Source of the DNA: Ministeria vibrans ATCC 50519
Lineage: Eukaryota > Protista > Filasterea
Assembly (NCBI GenBank): GCA_943704425.1
Contig: CALSCP010001735.1
Location: 62,199 to 126,198, forward strand
Length of the DNA: 64,000 nt
Direction of reading: 5' to 3'
The notes under the pieces were generated by a model that worked only from the letters and a program-made list of their open reading frames with translations, ran no database searches and was not told the origin of the DNA. The stretch's first letter is position 1. Each line of letters starts with the position of its first letter. Both the position numbers and the translations under genes were made by a program. Positions 24,701 to 35,050 of this stretch are shown here, piece by piece.

Positions 24701-24844
24701 AACACTCTCAGCGTGTGCTTCGTCGCTGTCGTCGGCCCGGATCGGCTGAATGAGCTTGGTCAAATCAATGCCGGAAGGCGGAACAAACTCATTGAGGCTA
24801 ACCACATCGCGCATCAAGCACGCGTACAAAAGATACATGGTCAA
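18779..24844 (-). CDS. GREB1: GREB1-like protein: circularly permuted SF2 helicase plus TAGT (TET/JBP-associated) glycosyltransferase, low-complexity and acidic tail
   Basis: 2021-aa uninterrupted ORF. Helicase motifs TLFVLIADECHWG, LLVSATPY, EKGRLGDTFP..MDLR, QDLGRVCRY, then Walker A LVLQAAPQIGKTGTY downstream. GT motifs VFVPS, VVVVRAEQY, GVGYAR, LCDDNI, YGMLG, EDLKF..CERAGL..LKY..F.QVK...GG. A small upstream exon is possible. Confidence 0.82.
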   Translation of the reverse strand: MTMYLLYACLMRDVVSLNEFVPPSGIDLTKLIQPIRADDSDEAHAESVVRGLFPLLRRVPLTLSDLLEKLELGMRYHCVLSPDHLAPLHRNCSDTDIYHEGTLIGYKIPVSESLYREIELGNEEPDDSAVVDVRESSKRATQDTLELDLIDLDHVDESDSAPLPDVPEPPGADHLGIFPAQRDLAGVLLTRIRSFYGGSLARFNKISFRVGTANYLTLEQQTNDRLRKARLTPHDIIHRYDTSNNPKMKQLEAKASPRTLFVLIADECHWGIKNEGANHCFVNSLLDQENVIVLLVSATPYAVLTCRSRVLPANIVDWSDSLLAFHPLTLHATTCLADLQQRIRNVARRIVLRHFKSDAVLVVSPRADSVVCVDETEPMGGTFDWEHAWLFVTLPSDASSDHTRVMLFACDQNGTPDRVLQSHSDTHSLRISQLTAALTARPDHLFTVHRVPGYGMVSLSAGSLFFSVTADDTVPARLHLTHDRSRNRLSEHFFIDDAPVSPNTPLYRSLTFYLNSMRYPEPHRRLFRTDPLLTRLASHATGKSKSMQAHMCDYALSVVVNSVLESRIDFYPDLSLAFGQTILQDCRDFWFGCHNAMRKIWSTLVDSVPDSIRSLIRLFPRHYATHLAESDSHATRMQLVKHCFALEDFDTVANAIDLLWSWLRERPRLTESFWRFDTRLETERVVADLTIEHGKMALVRVEDIPMGKQMWQMVRKARDLVGWQRRFLLLCDFGGMSLDTMFRREEGRNMACNYWNHRLQCGRACDTCDQCATPQLPSTFHVTCTDCGHVHRPIREYSHLQGIPTLLLVVEKGRLGDTFPVSLSTMDLRSRYSATPSSLSSVVQDLGRVCRYAPSSTPNASLLVGNGLFGPCHRKRDRAASFEAIISSPDTTMTRIAGQRVDTTTHMWSHFEPVRGNKSYDGQNAAGEVHTRRLVLQAAPQIGKTGTYASLLVQLKSEVEGEAATDGVTAQRECERCAVIAPRITLSPGVSFVRDDWFFPIASTVLDRERFDWSVSASKYDGILSEPFTPDFVFSPTQLERFSGQNVTVALPPKVVPLTELSVRESEELYRFRTAAAVVRGPVEGKHQVLEVEGFQSPLWIPKAFEDVFELEQGRVVGVGRQSNSRLLRSWVFVPSVRLDGRHDWSRALGVDETAIVRVVVVRAEQYQGFVARVGHVALVLQLPETVEHETGLCDVSRGVGYARLVCQRVAHYFSLKTMFLCDDNIDHLAAVTGDRISPHSPVLAVEPVSFFDVLAHLERQLLGEEPDVPYRYESTFNMTVPERAGKAERYGMLGIFRQNGHHVATSSFRRTYVYSLVLVHVSACVARNVWFRPWPFREDLKFAADCERAGLAVLKYQAFVQVKLQRRGGALVRGLRMENAPSPDEMRALKSGVPDATLDRTQLVEIIERCGVPFVDLTHWSLAERVPTQAQVDMAALTNMPQWALFLRPVNTLDLASVYRTMACTRACYANRVTRVVINAAALRDCSWTVDDVTPYYAGVLGMRGVPRVVWWRIGRGLRFVMVDLEEDDVIEVVDDLQDADGDVVMVSQTVGTKKRPSGSSDGQGKEKERTKRARVAAVPVTTVTATTSLASTTPPSKPAKTSTGVKAAATRPVTVAPASRLAPPVVPVLAASAATASTLAQAHSAPQWPVTAASAATPRPTSITHPSLVIQSTLRPPVSTASAASDFTRAQAHSAPQSLASTSSAVTARPTSVAHLSHLDTQSIPWPPNSAASAATRAPAVPHASRLVTESVPRSSLASTVVSPSGVIHRRFGNQNAALAHAAFLRMGRTQPTSSVLLKSTVPEPAKAKASTKKATSEPKKKPLTPTERLQRVVKYLRREKQAPRTRAGQGEHVMQEEERETSNHIKALQKYFTQREEALDGRLEKLVTDCDGLLEKYKRRKAIRIRRVVEVEEEEDKAVWFPPRFGVGGLARLLEHGAMSEEESEEDDEEKDEDEEDDDEDDDEEEDDDEDEEDEEEDGVGNGMLSDLFCPSQQFLDRRPFFRRKKDKSIWGSRRKHR

Positions 24845-26016
24845 ACGTCAACAGGAGCGGTGAGCGGTAGGGGAAGAGAAGCAGAAATGAACCCAGACCA
24901 GAGAAGCGCACGGGCGAAAATAAGCAAAGGTTCGCGAATACACAAGATTCGTGCGTCCGACCAGGTCAAAGACGATACGAGTTGGTGAAGCTTGCCTGTA
25001 AACCTAAGTAGGGCAAGGAAAAAGGCGAAAGGGACTGATCTGAGGCATTTTGAGAAATGAGTAGGGGTTTAAAAGCGTCGTTGATTTTCAACGACGAAAT
25101 TTCTCTTGCGTCCCGATTTGTGGCGTCAATGTCTGGTACCAGTATGGACTCTCTGTCAGCTCTGGAAACTCGTGACTACCCGTTTGACATGCGCACTGCG
25201 GAAATTGCTGGTGAGTCTTATCCTATCTCTTCCCAAGAGCGACAACTTTTGCCAAAGTGTTTTTGGGATGACATTCACTGAGTTCTTGGCGGGGGGCGAG
25301 TCTATTGCCCATCCCGCCCTTCTTGAGAGTGACGTTGTCAAGAATGAGCAGAAGATTAGCATCTCAAGCTTTTGCAAGTAGATAGCTCGAGAGGTGTGTT
25401 GGATTTTGTATTTTATCTTGGGATTTATCTTCTTTTTAACACATCTTCTCAACACACTATAAAGGGTATCACTTAGTTCGTCAGACTAGCTAGTCACTAA
25501 GACTAAGACTAACTAAGAATTAAGATCCACAGACAGACACAGTCACAGGGGACTTTGTAGTTTGTAGTCACATATGGCCAGGGTGGCGCTGCAGAAGTGC
25601 CCCGTACCGCATTTCGTACAGGACCTTCGTAGTCAGCAAAAGGCGGCAGTCCGATCTCTTTTTTATTTTCACACACACTTTTTAGCACTTCTTCTCAAAC
25701 ACACTACAAACGGTATGCGCTCTATTGGAGTTTGTGTTAAGACGTTGCCTGGCGTCCTGCTATCATCGCGAACGACCGCCTCGCTTTTTATTGTTCTCTT
25801 CAGCCAATGAGCGCTCTTCTGCGTTTGCGACAGATTCGGTGTCATCCCCGCCCATATCGCCTTCATCGTCGTCGGTGTCGCCTCCCCTATGAGTATAGCG
25901 GATATGGTGGTGCTTGCATGCGTGGAATGTCGTCAGCGACACGCTGTTGGGGGCCGGAGGACGGGAAAAAAAAAACACATTCTTGATGCGTGTTTTTGGC
26001 ATTTCTGTAGACAATC

Positions 26017-26974
26017 ATGGGCGGCGGACTTACTCTTGGCGCAGAGATCCCTAACTTTGAAGTGGATTCGACTCAGGGACCGATGAAGTTCCACGATTAC
26101 CTCGGCAACGGCTGGGGCATTTGTAAGCGACGATCAACCCAAACAAACCGCCGCTTATCCGTTTGTTTTGTTCCATCTCAGTGTTCTCCCACCCTGCCGA
26201 CTACACCCCTGTCTGCACGACTGAACTTGGCACTGTTGCCAAGCTTGTTGCCACGGGCGAGTTTGCCAAGCGCGATTGCAAGGTGAAGGATGACGTGTTG
26301 AATATTTATGGCCTGACTCTTTTTTGTTAGGTCGCGGCACTCTCTGTCGACGATATTGAATCTCACAAGGGATGGGTCAAGGACATCGGTATGCTTCTGT
26401 TGTATCCTATCACCATCGTAACGTCATTGCGTTTTTTCAACACACAGAGGCGTCGCAGTCAACCACTGTTGCATACCCCATCATTGCTGACCCCAACCGT
26501 GAGTTGGCTGTCAAGTTTGGCATCCTCGACGCCGACGAGAAGGTATACGAATGTAGAAGAAGTGGGGAGGATCACTCAAGGAACGGAGGTTCATGTCGCG
26601 TAGGACAAGGCTGGCGTTGCCGTGACTGCACGCGCTGTGTACATCATTGGCCCGGATAAGAAGCTCAAGCTGTCCATCCTCTACCCGGCCAGTAAGGAAG
26701 AAAAGTTGAAATTTACAGAAGAAATTGACTATGTCCGTGTGTAGCGACGGGACGCAACTTCAACGAGATCCTGCGCGTGCTGGACTCTCTGCAGCTCACG
26801 GCCAACCATAAGGTGGCGACGCCCGCCAACTGGCAGCACGGCGACAAGTGCATGGTTGTGCCGTCGCTAACCGACGAGGAGGCCACCGCGCGCTTCCCCA
26901 AGGGTTTTGAGAAGGTCGCGGTGCCCTCGGGCAAATCGTACATCCGACTGACTCCCCAGCCCAACGTTGATTAA
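26017..26974 (+). CDS. PRDX6: 1-Cys peroxiredoxin, multi-exon
   Basis: MGGLTLGAEIPNF..FSHPADYTPVCTTE..YPIIAD..TARAV..LYPA|TGRNFNEILRVLDSLQLT..VATPANW..PSGKSYIRLTPQP. Confidence 0.95.
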
Positions 26975-27441
26975 ACGCGAACCGCCCTTTCATTCATTAT
27001 TGTGTGTCTGTATGGTGTGCGTGTATGAGTAAGTGAGTGTGTCATTTGTGCGTGTTTCCTATGACGGCATTCATGGCACCCCGCACATTGATGAGGCGCG
27101 ATGCAGCAAACTTGAGTGTTTTGGGGAATGCGTCAAAGAACGGGATGAACATACAGGACTGTGGGCGACAAACTGTGTCACTGTGCTTTACAACGAAAAG
27201 CAAAGCTGGAGGTGATTGGTACAATTGGATGCATTGGACGTCGAATTTGTCATCGACAGTAGTTCTACTCACTATATGAGTCTTGCCTCTTGAAGTCTAC
27301 GGCGGAAGTATTGTTTTCTTTTTATTTTGTTTCAGTCTTTTTGGATTGAGTACAGCTCTTGATTCTCGATAATAAATATTTTCTAATAATATTTTTTTTT
27401 TTGCTCACGGGAAGCTATCGTTCTCTGTGTTTGACATCGCA

Positions 27442-30400
27442 ATGGACAAAATCCGAACCCTAAAGATGAGGCATCGCGACAGCATTCGTACGCTCTTGCT
27501 CTTGTCTCTTTGACGCTTTTTTTTCGAATTATCAGCTCCACTCACTCTCTCGTGGTTTACAGCCGATGTCCAGCGAAGCATGTCCACTGTGTCTGCCGAC
27601 TCGGCCGTGTCCGACGAGACCAAGGCGTTTTTCGAGCGCTTTCACGCCGTCCGGCAGTCCGAGCCAAACTCGACCGGTTCGTCATTCCCCATTTGCCCGG
27701 CCCCTTCTCGTTTCTCCGTTGGTCAGCATTGCGCTGTGCAACAACCAGCGCTACTTCTGCGTTTCACACCAGCATTTGCACACTGACCTTGCGACACTTC
27801 GCTTTGTTTCTGTTTTTCTGTTTTTCTCCCATTCCATCAAAATACGCCGTTTAGAGGGTAATGCAACGTGGAATCGTGTGCGTAAGACAGTACAAGCCGC
27901 ACGTGAGGCTAGCTCCAAGCATGTCGCGTCCGCTGTCGTGGACCTTCTCTCGAAACGAAACGAGATGAAGGACACAAAAGCGCTATTTAACGAGACGTTT
28001 TTGCCGCCTGTCAAAGGCGACGAGGTGAGGTGGTGTTAGGGTTAGGGTTTGGCTCGTGTTGCCGTAACTATGTTCATTCTGGTTCTTTTCTTCTCATTCA
28101 TTGCAGTTTGCGACGTTGTATCGAGCACTCGTGGCGGCCGTCTTGCAGCGAGTGGGCGCTGTCAAGGAAGGGACGACGGACGCACAAGTGTTTACGTACA
28201 TGCGCGAAGTGTTCAAGATGGACAAGAGCGCACACGATGCTCTGGTCGAACAGGAGCGCCGTCACCAGCGAGAGAGTGGTGACGCCCAGCATCCCGTTCT
28301 CCATGTTGACCTAGTGTCGGCGTCGGGTGTGTACCCAAAGGACGCGACGGGCAAGAGTGATCCCTTTTGCATGCTTGGTGTCGTGCCATCTTCGTTGCCT
28401 CTTGATGACGTTGATACGAGCAACCTTGACAAGTCGTCTACTATCGATCAAAATCTCAATCCAGTCTGGAACGAGACCTTCTCTTTGTAAGTTTCATTTT
28501 TAAAGTGTGTCTGTCGAACTGTACCGCTGTGTGTTTTTGTTGTCGTTGACTCTCACTCACTAATTGTGTGTGCGTGTGTATGTGTGTGTGTGTGTTTTTT
28601 TTCTTTACCTTTTCTTTCATCTCCATAGTTCGCTACCTGAAGACCCAGCTGGTCTCTCGCTATTTCTTGAAATGTGGGACGAGGACGAGGAGAGTGTTGC
28701 AAGTCTGTTTCTTCACAACAAACTCTTCAAGAAGTTCCATAAGAAGAGTGTGTACGTGCTCAAGCGTACCAGCAACTACGCTCATGACCTTTTTTGTGGT
28801 GTGTTTGCGTGTGTAGAACGGACAACACGCAGTTTCTTGGTCGAGTGGTTGTGCCCTTGTCAGAGATTACTACAGATGGCATTGCTCGTGAATTTGAGTT
28901 GCAAAAGCGTTCTCGAAAGTCTCACGTGAGCGGCACGGTCTTTCTCAAAATTCGCTTTGTTTACGAACGCGTACGATGCTTATTGTTTTTACATCATTTG
29001 ATGATTGTTCTTTTTCCCTTTTTATATTTTTGTCACCTTTGTAGATGACCGACGTGGAACGCTTGAACAAGGCTGTGTCGTCGACGACGGGGTCTGTCAC
29101 TGATACATCCCAATTGTTCGAGTATATTGTCGGTGGTGAGTCACACGACGTGGCTTCCTCTATCGCTTCATGACTTTTTTGTCTTCCTTTTTGTCTTCCT
29201 TATTACAGAGATTGTTGCACACGACAGCGTTGCCTACATCGACCCAGAGTGCACACGAGTATGGGATGGTCAGCTGTCAGCTCCTGCACGCTTTCTTCTG
29301 CGCATGTTTGCCCTCCTCAACAATGTGTCCCCTTCGACGCAAGCAACAGCGCTCCTGCGTCATCGTGTGCGCTTTCTCACCCGCTTCCCTCTTGCACTTG
29401 ACCTTCACTCGGCTCTCGACTCCTCCGAGGACGGCATCAATGCCATTCGTACGTCTGCATTGACCGTCGCGGGCCAGACCATCTTTCACTCTACGTTGAG
29501 TGTGCTCCGCGTCACGCTCCTTGAAATCCTACGCCAATACAAGCTTTTCTATCCGTCGAGCGACAGTCTTGGTCAACAGCGATTTAGCGACTTGGTTGGC
29601 CTTCTCATCACTCTCGACGCTGTGCCTATTATGCGCAAAGCTCGTGGTCGTCTGCGTGATGTTGAGTCCACCTCTACTCTGGTCGAAGATGTTCGATTGG
29701 CCCTCTTGGTATGCCTAGCATGATTCCTTTCTCGCTTTGACCTTCTTGATTCTCTTTTTTTTTTCTGTTTTTGTATTCGTGTTTTGTCTCTAGACTTGTG
29801 CAGGCAACACTTATCGTCTCATGTCGGCCGAATGTGAGCGCGACACTCCCGACCGCACCGACGCGACGGTAGCCAAACTCTCCCGCCTGGCCTCGCGCAT
29901 TGCCAAGGAGCTCAAGATCACACACACGGTCTACTCCAAGGCCTTCCTTCAGTACGTCATTAATAACAAAAATAATAATAATACTACAATAAGGCGTGCT
30001 GTAATAATAATATAATAATAAGAATAATAATATCATTAATATTATTAGAGTAATAATAATCATTAATTTGTTTTTACTTCCTTCCCTCCTCTATCAAGGC
30101 TCCCTGGTGTGGACGTGTTTGCTCTTGAGGCTGTCTGCTTCTCGAACCCACTGCTTGACGAAGTGGTCAATTTGACAGAGCAGAAAAAGAGGAGTGCGGT
30201 GGATCCTACGTTGATGACGCTTTACCATACGCTGCGTGAACTTGACCGCGATGTGTGGTCTCTCATGTCTCCTGTGTACTCACAAACTTGCATGCATCCC
30301 TGAAAATATACTTATTTTTATTTTTATCTCGTTTTCTTTTTTCAGATCTCGAAAGGAGATCGTGCGTTCCGAAAGCTACTCGGAGAGGTTTAGTCCGTTT

Positions 30401-31987
30401 GTCATGGACTTTTTGACGGCAAGTGCTAGCAAGACAGAGGAGTGGATTCGTCGTGCCATTGCTGAAGACAAAGTACATCTCTGCTCCTTTGTCTGTTGCA
30501 AACATTGCACTTTCTCATGAATAATTTATAATTTAATTATTTCTTATTGTTATCAATGCTTCTTTATGATAGGTTGTCCGTGTTGGTCAGGAGCTGCACT
30601 CATCGAGTGTTATCGACATGTTCACCGCCTTTCATCAGGTAATCTCACTGTTTCTCCCGGTCTTTTAGCTTTGTACTGCTTCTGTTTTGCTTCTGCTTTG
30701 CCTCTGCTTTGCTTCTATTCGTCTATTTTATCACTCATCATGTTTTTAGACGTACACTGTGCTGAACAACCTTGACTGGCCTGAGCCCATGATGAAGCAC
30801 ATTTTCTTTGTAACTTTCACTCAGGTACGTGTGAACTTTCTGTGAATTAGGGTCAAATACAAGTCTTACTCTCATACACTGCTTTGCTCGTCTGGCGCAG
30901 ATCGTTACGACGGGTGTGAGCATGTATGGCGAAACAATCAAAGAGACCCTCAATGCGAAAGGGTTCTACGACACGGAGGGACAGTTTGACGTCACCGAAG
31001 AGGTAACCTTTCAGTATCAGTGCTTCGAAATTATTAAACGCGCTCGTTCTCTTTCTTTTACAGTTGTGTGTGACGCTGAACAATCTTGAGACGGCCCGGA
31101 GTCATTTGGTAGAACTCTTTGATCAAGTTGATGGGGTTGCACAAGTGGAAACGGTATATAATATACATTAAGGCGTATGTTTTCCCTTCTAAAAATTTTG
31201 CCCATGTGAACTCTTGATCAGGTTCGCAAATTACCAGAGTTTGCCCACTACGAGTCACCCATGCCATTGCTCCTTGACGAAACGTACGAGTCACTGCGAA
31301 TGATTCTCGATCAACTTGTCGAGGTCGTCGTCAAAAAGGTACCAACGAGCAAGAGCAATGTTTGATTTTTCTTTTTAGTTGTCTTCGTTTGGTGACTTTT
31401 ATGTTAATTTTATGGGTGTTATTCTTCTTTTCTTTCTCTGTTCCGTCTTAAAAATTAATTGGAAGCGTCTTCTTCTTTAATGGATATTTCTCTTTGTAAT
31501 GTTGCTTTTGGTTGGTTTTTAGATGTCCCCTGACATTACAGGATATCTGCGTGCGGCAATCACGGGCGATGTGGAGGACGATGGGGCATCATCTTCCTCG
31601 TCGTCGCTTCTGCACTCGCTCTTTACCGTGCGCTCGCGCGGCCATCGTCTGCGTACTGCGACCATGAGCTCTGATGACATACACGCTCTTATCCAGCCGC
31701 TCCTTGACTATCTCGACAGCAACCTGAGCACACTCAGCGAGAATTTTTTCCCAAACATCTTCCAGGCGATTTTGAGCGAGTTGTGGACAGGGGTTCTTGA
31801 GAGCATGCATACACTGCTGCTGCCCCCCTGTGGAGGCGGGGACACCGAATCACCATTTCCCGCCGAGGCTGCACTTGCTGGCACTGCCCTCAAGGTAATA
31901 ATCGTAAAAAGAATATGTCACAAACAAAGACGGAACAAAATAAATTAAGTAGTTATTATTATTATTTGTTGTTGTTGGTGGTGGTGG

Positions 31988-32031
<44 letters not shown>

Positions 32032-33171
32032 GTTTGTTTGTTTATTTTTGTCATCATCATTAATTTGTATTATTGTCGTTTTATGACCTTTTTTAGTATT
32101 CTCTACTTCAGATTTTGTATCAGTTCTTTTACTTTGTTTATTTTTGTAATCATCATTTTGTATTATTGTCGTTTTATGACCTTTTTTTCTTTTACTATGT
32201 TTATTTTTGTAATCATCATTAATTTTGTATTATTGTCGTTTTATGACCTTTTTTTGTTATTTTCGACTTCAGATTTTGTATCAGTTCTTTTACGCGGATG
32301 GCGATGGAATGAAAAATGCAAAGTTGGAAACGGAACTGTACGCGAGCGTGTGTCACTTGGTGGAGCTGTACGCGGTCAAAACACCCGCTCTGGTGGAAAT
32401 GTACTGGAAGGAGAAGAATCGTGTGCGCAACGACGAGAGTGACGCGACGTCCAAGTTGGGCGAGAGGAGCGACGCGGGGTTGGGCACGCTGGTGGTGGGC
32501 ACTCGTTTGGCACCCATGAAGGAGCGTGCGCGCATTATCGTGCACCTTTTCAGTGCCCACGATCTGCCTGTCATGGACAGCAATGGCCTTTGCGATCCCT
32601 ACGTCATCGTCAGTCTATTACCATCAGAGCTCATCAAGTGTGATCAGAAGAAATCCAAAGTTGTCAAGAAGACGCTCACTCCCACCTTCGACCAAAGTCT
32701 TGAATTGTATGTTGTTTTTCAGTTTCCGAGCCCAATTTGACCATCATGACGTTTGTCTAATTGGTGTGTTTTTGTAGTGTTGTGCCAATTGTCCACGCAC
32801 ATAAGGTTGTTGTCCATTTGGAGATGTACGATTACGATCTGTTCAGTGGCGATGATTTTATCGGTACGAATCAGTTGTGGAGGGACAACATCCTTTGTTG
32901 TGATGAAACATTGTTTGTGTTGTTTTTTTTTTCTTCTTTCTTTTCTTTCCTTTTATTCTTCTTTTAAACATGTTCAGGAGAGGCAATCGTACCGGCTACG
33001 CTGACGCCGAGCAAAGAAGAGAAGCTTAAGCCAGTGTCGGTGTTCTTAGCACCAAGCCAACGTGACAACGAGAGCAAAGAGGCTTCGACTCTGTTTGGGC
33101 TGTTGAAGCAGCGCAGTGACGCCGGAGACGAGTCGGCAGCTGCCTTTGTCAAGACGGCCACACGACACTGA
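27442..33171 (+). CDS. UNC13D: Munc13-4/BAIAP3-like vesicle-priming protein (C2-MUN-C2), many exons
   Basis: N-terminal C2 (KDATGKSDPFC..NLNPVWNETF..EMWDED..FLGRV); MHD motifs (HSSSVIDMF, LCVTLNNL, IQPLLDYLDSNL..L.ELW); C-terminal C2 (AHDLPVMDSNGLCDPYV..KKTLTPTFD..MYDYDLFSGDDFIG). Confidence 0.85.
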
Positions 33172-33307
33172 ACCAGTGCGACCCTAAAGTTTTTTTTTGT
33201 ATCTTGATACAGTTGTTCAGACACCCTCTTTTTTTGTCTTTTAGAGCCTGTCCGTCGAGTCGAAAAAGAATTGAAAATTATGTTTTTTTTTTTTGTATTT
33301 ACGCATC

Positions 33308-33652
33308 TCACTTGTTCACTTTCCTCTACAAATAAGAAGAATAACGAGTCAATTAACCAATTTAATATCAACACAACCAAAAAAATTGAACAAGTGTGCA
33401 GTACAACCACGACACGTTTAGCAACTCATTTCTTGTTTGCTGTACCTGGAGATTGGACACCATGTCGATATAGGAGACGGCCGTGTCAGAGCGGTCATCC
33501 TGCAACATCTGCAAGAAGTGCATTCGCATGCGCTGGTTGTCTTCACGGATCACATACAAAATCGGATAAAGACTGGACCGCGCGCGAATCGCTTCAATGC
33601 ACGCACGCACTCGAACATTTACTGGGCTCTGATCCAATGTCGGAAGAGCATC
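33308..33652 (-). CDS. SEC24: SEC24 last two exons, displaced 3' end of the gene at 41826-45677
   Basis: Exon 33652-33446 DALPTLDQSPVNVRVRACIEAIR..LYVIRED..FLQMLQDDRSDTAVSYIDMVSNLQ plus exon 33325-33308 RKVNK*, matching the Sec24A/B C-terminus. Confidence 0.85.
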
Positions 33653-33655
33653 CTA

Positions 33656-33668
<13 letters not shown>

Positions 33669-33701
<33 letters not shown>
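33669..33701. repeat. Poly-A tract at the SEC24 break, partner of the poly-A at 41758-41783
   Basis: Read directly from the sequence. Confidence 0.9.
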
Positions 33702-33703
<2 letters not shown>

Positions 33704-34233
33704 GGGTTCTTGGACGAACTGTGCTTTGTTCGCAGTCATGGCGGAAGTATTGCATGCTTGAGAGGATGCGTTGGCGGTGGGGGTTGACCCGGCGCGTTGC
33801 TTTTATGGCAGAGTCAGAGAAGAAGACAGAGAGAGAGAAAAAAAAAAAGAAGAAAAAAAAAACGAGCCATCAACAATTGCAAAATTGAGACTCCCTGCTT
33901 GACTTGTGGGGACGCAAGTGATGCACGGCACGCCGCTGGTGTGTGAGTGTCCCGCTTGTACTTTGTGATGACGGTGTCGCCCGATACGGTTGCGATGTCG
34001 GACGGGATTTTCCGAGTTTCATCCCAGGTCGCTCGCGTTGAGCCCATTCGTATCGGAGAATCGGGTGTGCTTTTCCCGGGAATGTGTGTGGTGTAGGACA
34101 TTAATTGCATGTGGTGACAGAGGAACGGTGGGGCCTCTCTGTATTTATGAGTCTGACTGGGTCGCATTACTTACTTGTCAAGTTTCCTACTGCATCTCAT
34201 GAAATAAATAATATCATACAATATTCTCTTTAG

Positions 34234-34777
34234 TCGTTTCTTGGCCTGGGCAACACCGCCACGATTGACGTGGATTTGGACAATGCGGACCAGCACAAGA
34301 TGGTGGACATTCGAAACCCTTTGTTGGGACGCAAAGAGAAACTTCCTTTGTACTTGGACGGTGACACAGTGAGCGGCACGGTACGAAAGAAAGAGTATCG
34401 CGTGGAGGACGAGCGAGTTTACGTCATACACACTCACACACCCATACTGCCCCTCCTGTTGATTTTTTCAGGTTGATCTGCGGTTGCGGAATCCCGGAAA
34501 GCCTCTGGAGCACCAAGGCATCACAGTCGAGTTTATCGGTCACATTGAGGTACACCAAATGCCCTCCTTCTTCAACAGTAACCGATACAATTTCTTTATT
34601 TGTATGGCGCGTTGCATTTTAGTTGTTTTACGATCGAGGGAACCACAGCGAGTTTACGTCGCTGATCAAGGAACTTGCGCCTCCGGGCGCACTCATGCGC
34701 AACCAGTCATTTCCCTTCAAGTTTGAGAATGTCGAGAAGCCGCACGAGTCATACAACGGAATCAACGTCCGTCTGCG
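34234..34777 (+). CDS. VPS26: Retromer subunit VPS26, 5' part only, breaks at a (CA)n intron
   Basis: SFLGLG..LYLDGDTVSGT|VDLRLRNPGKPLEHQGITVEFIGHIE|LFYDRGNHSEFTSLIKELAPPG..FENVEKPHESYNGINVRLR. No downstream exons in the window; start exon not located. Confidence 0.9.
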
Positions 34778-34781
34778 GTAC

Positions 34782-34782
<1 letters not shown>

Positions 34783-34860
<78 letters not shown>

Positions 34861-34866
34861 ACACAC

Positions 34867-34868
<2 letters not shown>
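34783..34868. repeat. (CA)n microsatellite at the VPS26/MON2 junction
   Basis: Read directly from the sequence. Confidence 0.97.
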
Positions 34869-34901
<33 letters not shown>

Positions 34902-35050
34902 ATTATAATATTAATATAATTATAATCATTATAATTATTTTATTATTATAGTTATTATTTTATTATTATCATAATAATATTATTATAATTATTATTATAA
35001 TTATCTTGATTCTCTATTAATTATTTTTCTTATCTCTTTTCTACCTCTAG

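Noticed and set aside
25763-26014. Small acidic/basic ORF on the minus strand
   Set aside because: No recognisable motif and no supportable start exon.
28036-28047. TTAGGGTTAGGG in a Munc13 intron
   Set aside because: Only two units; compatible with chance in a G/T-rich intron.
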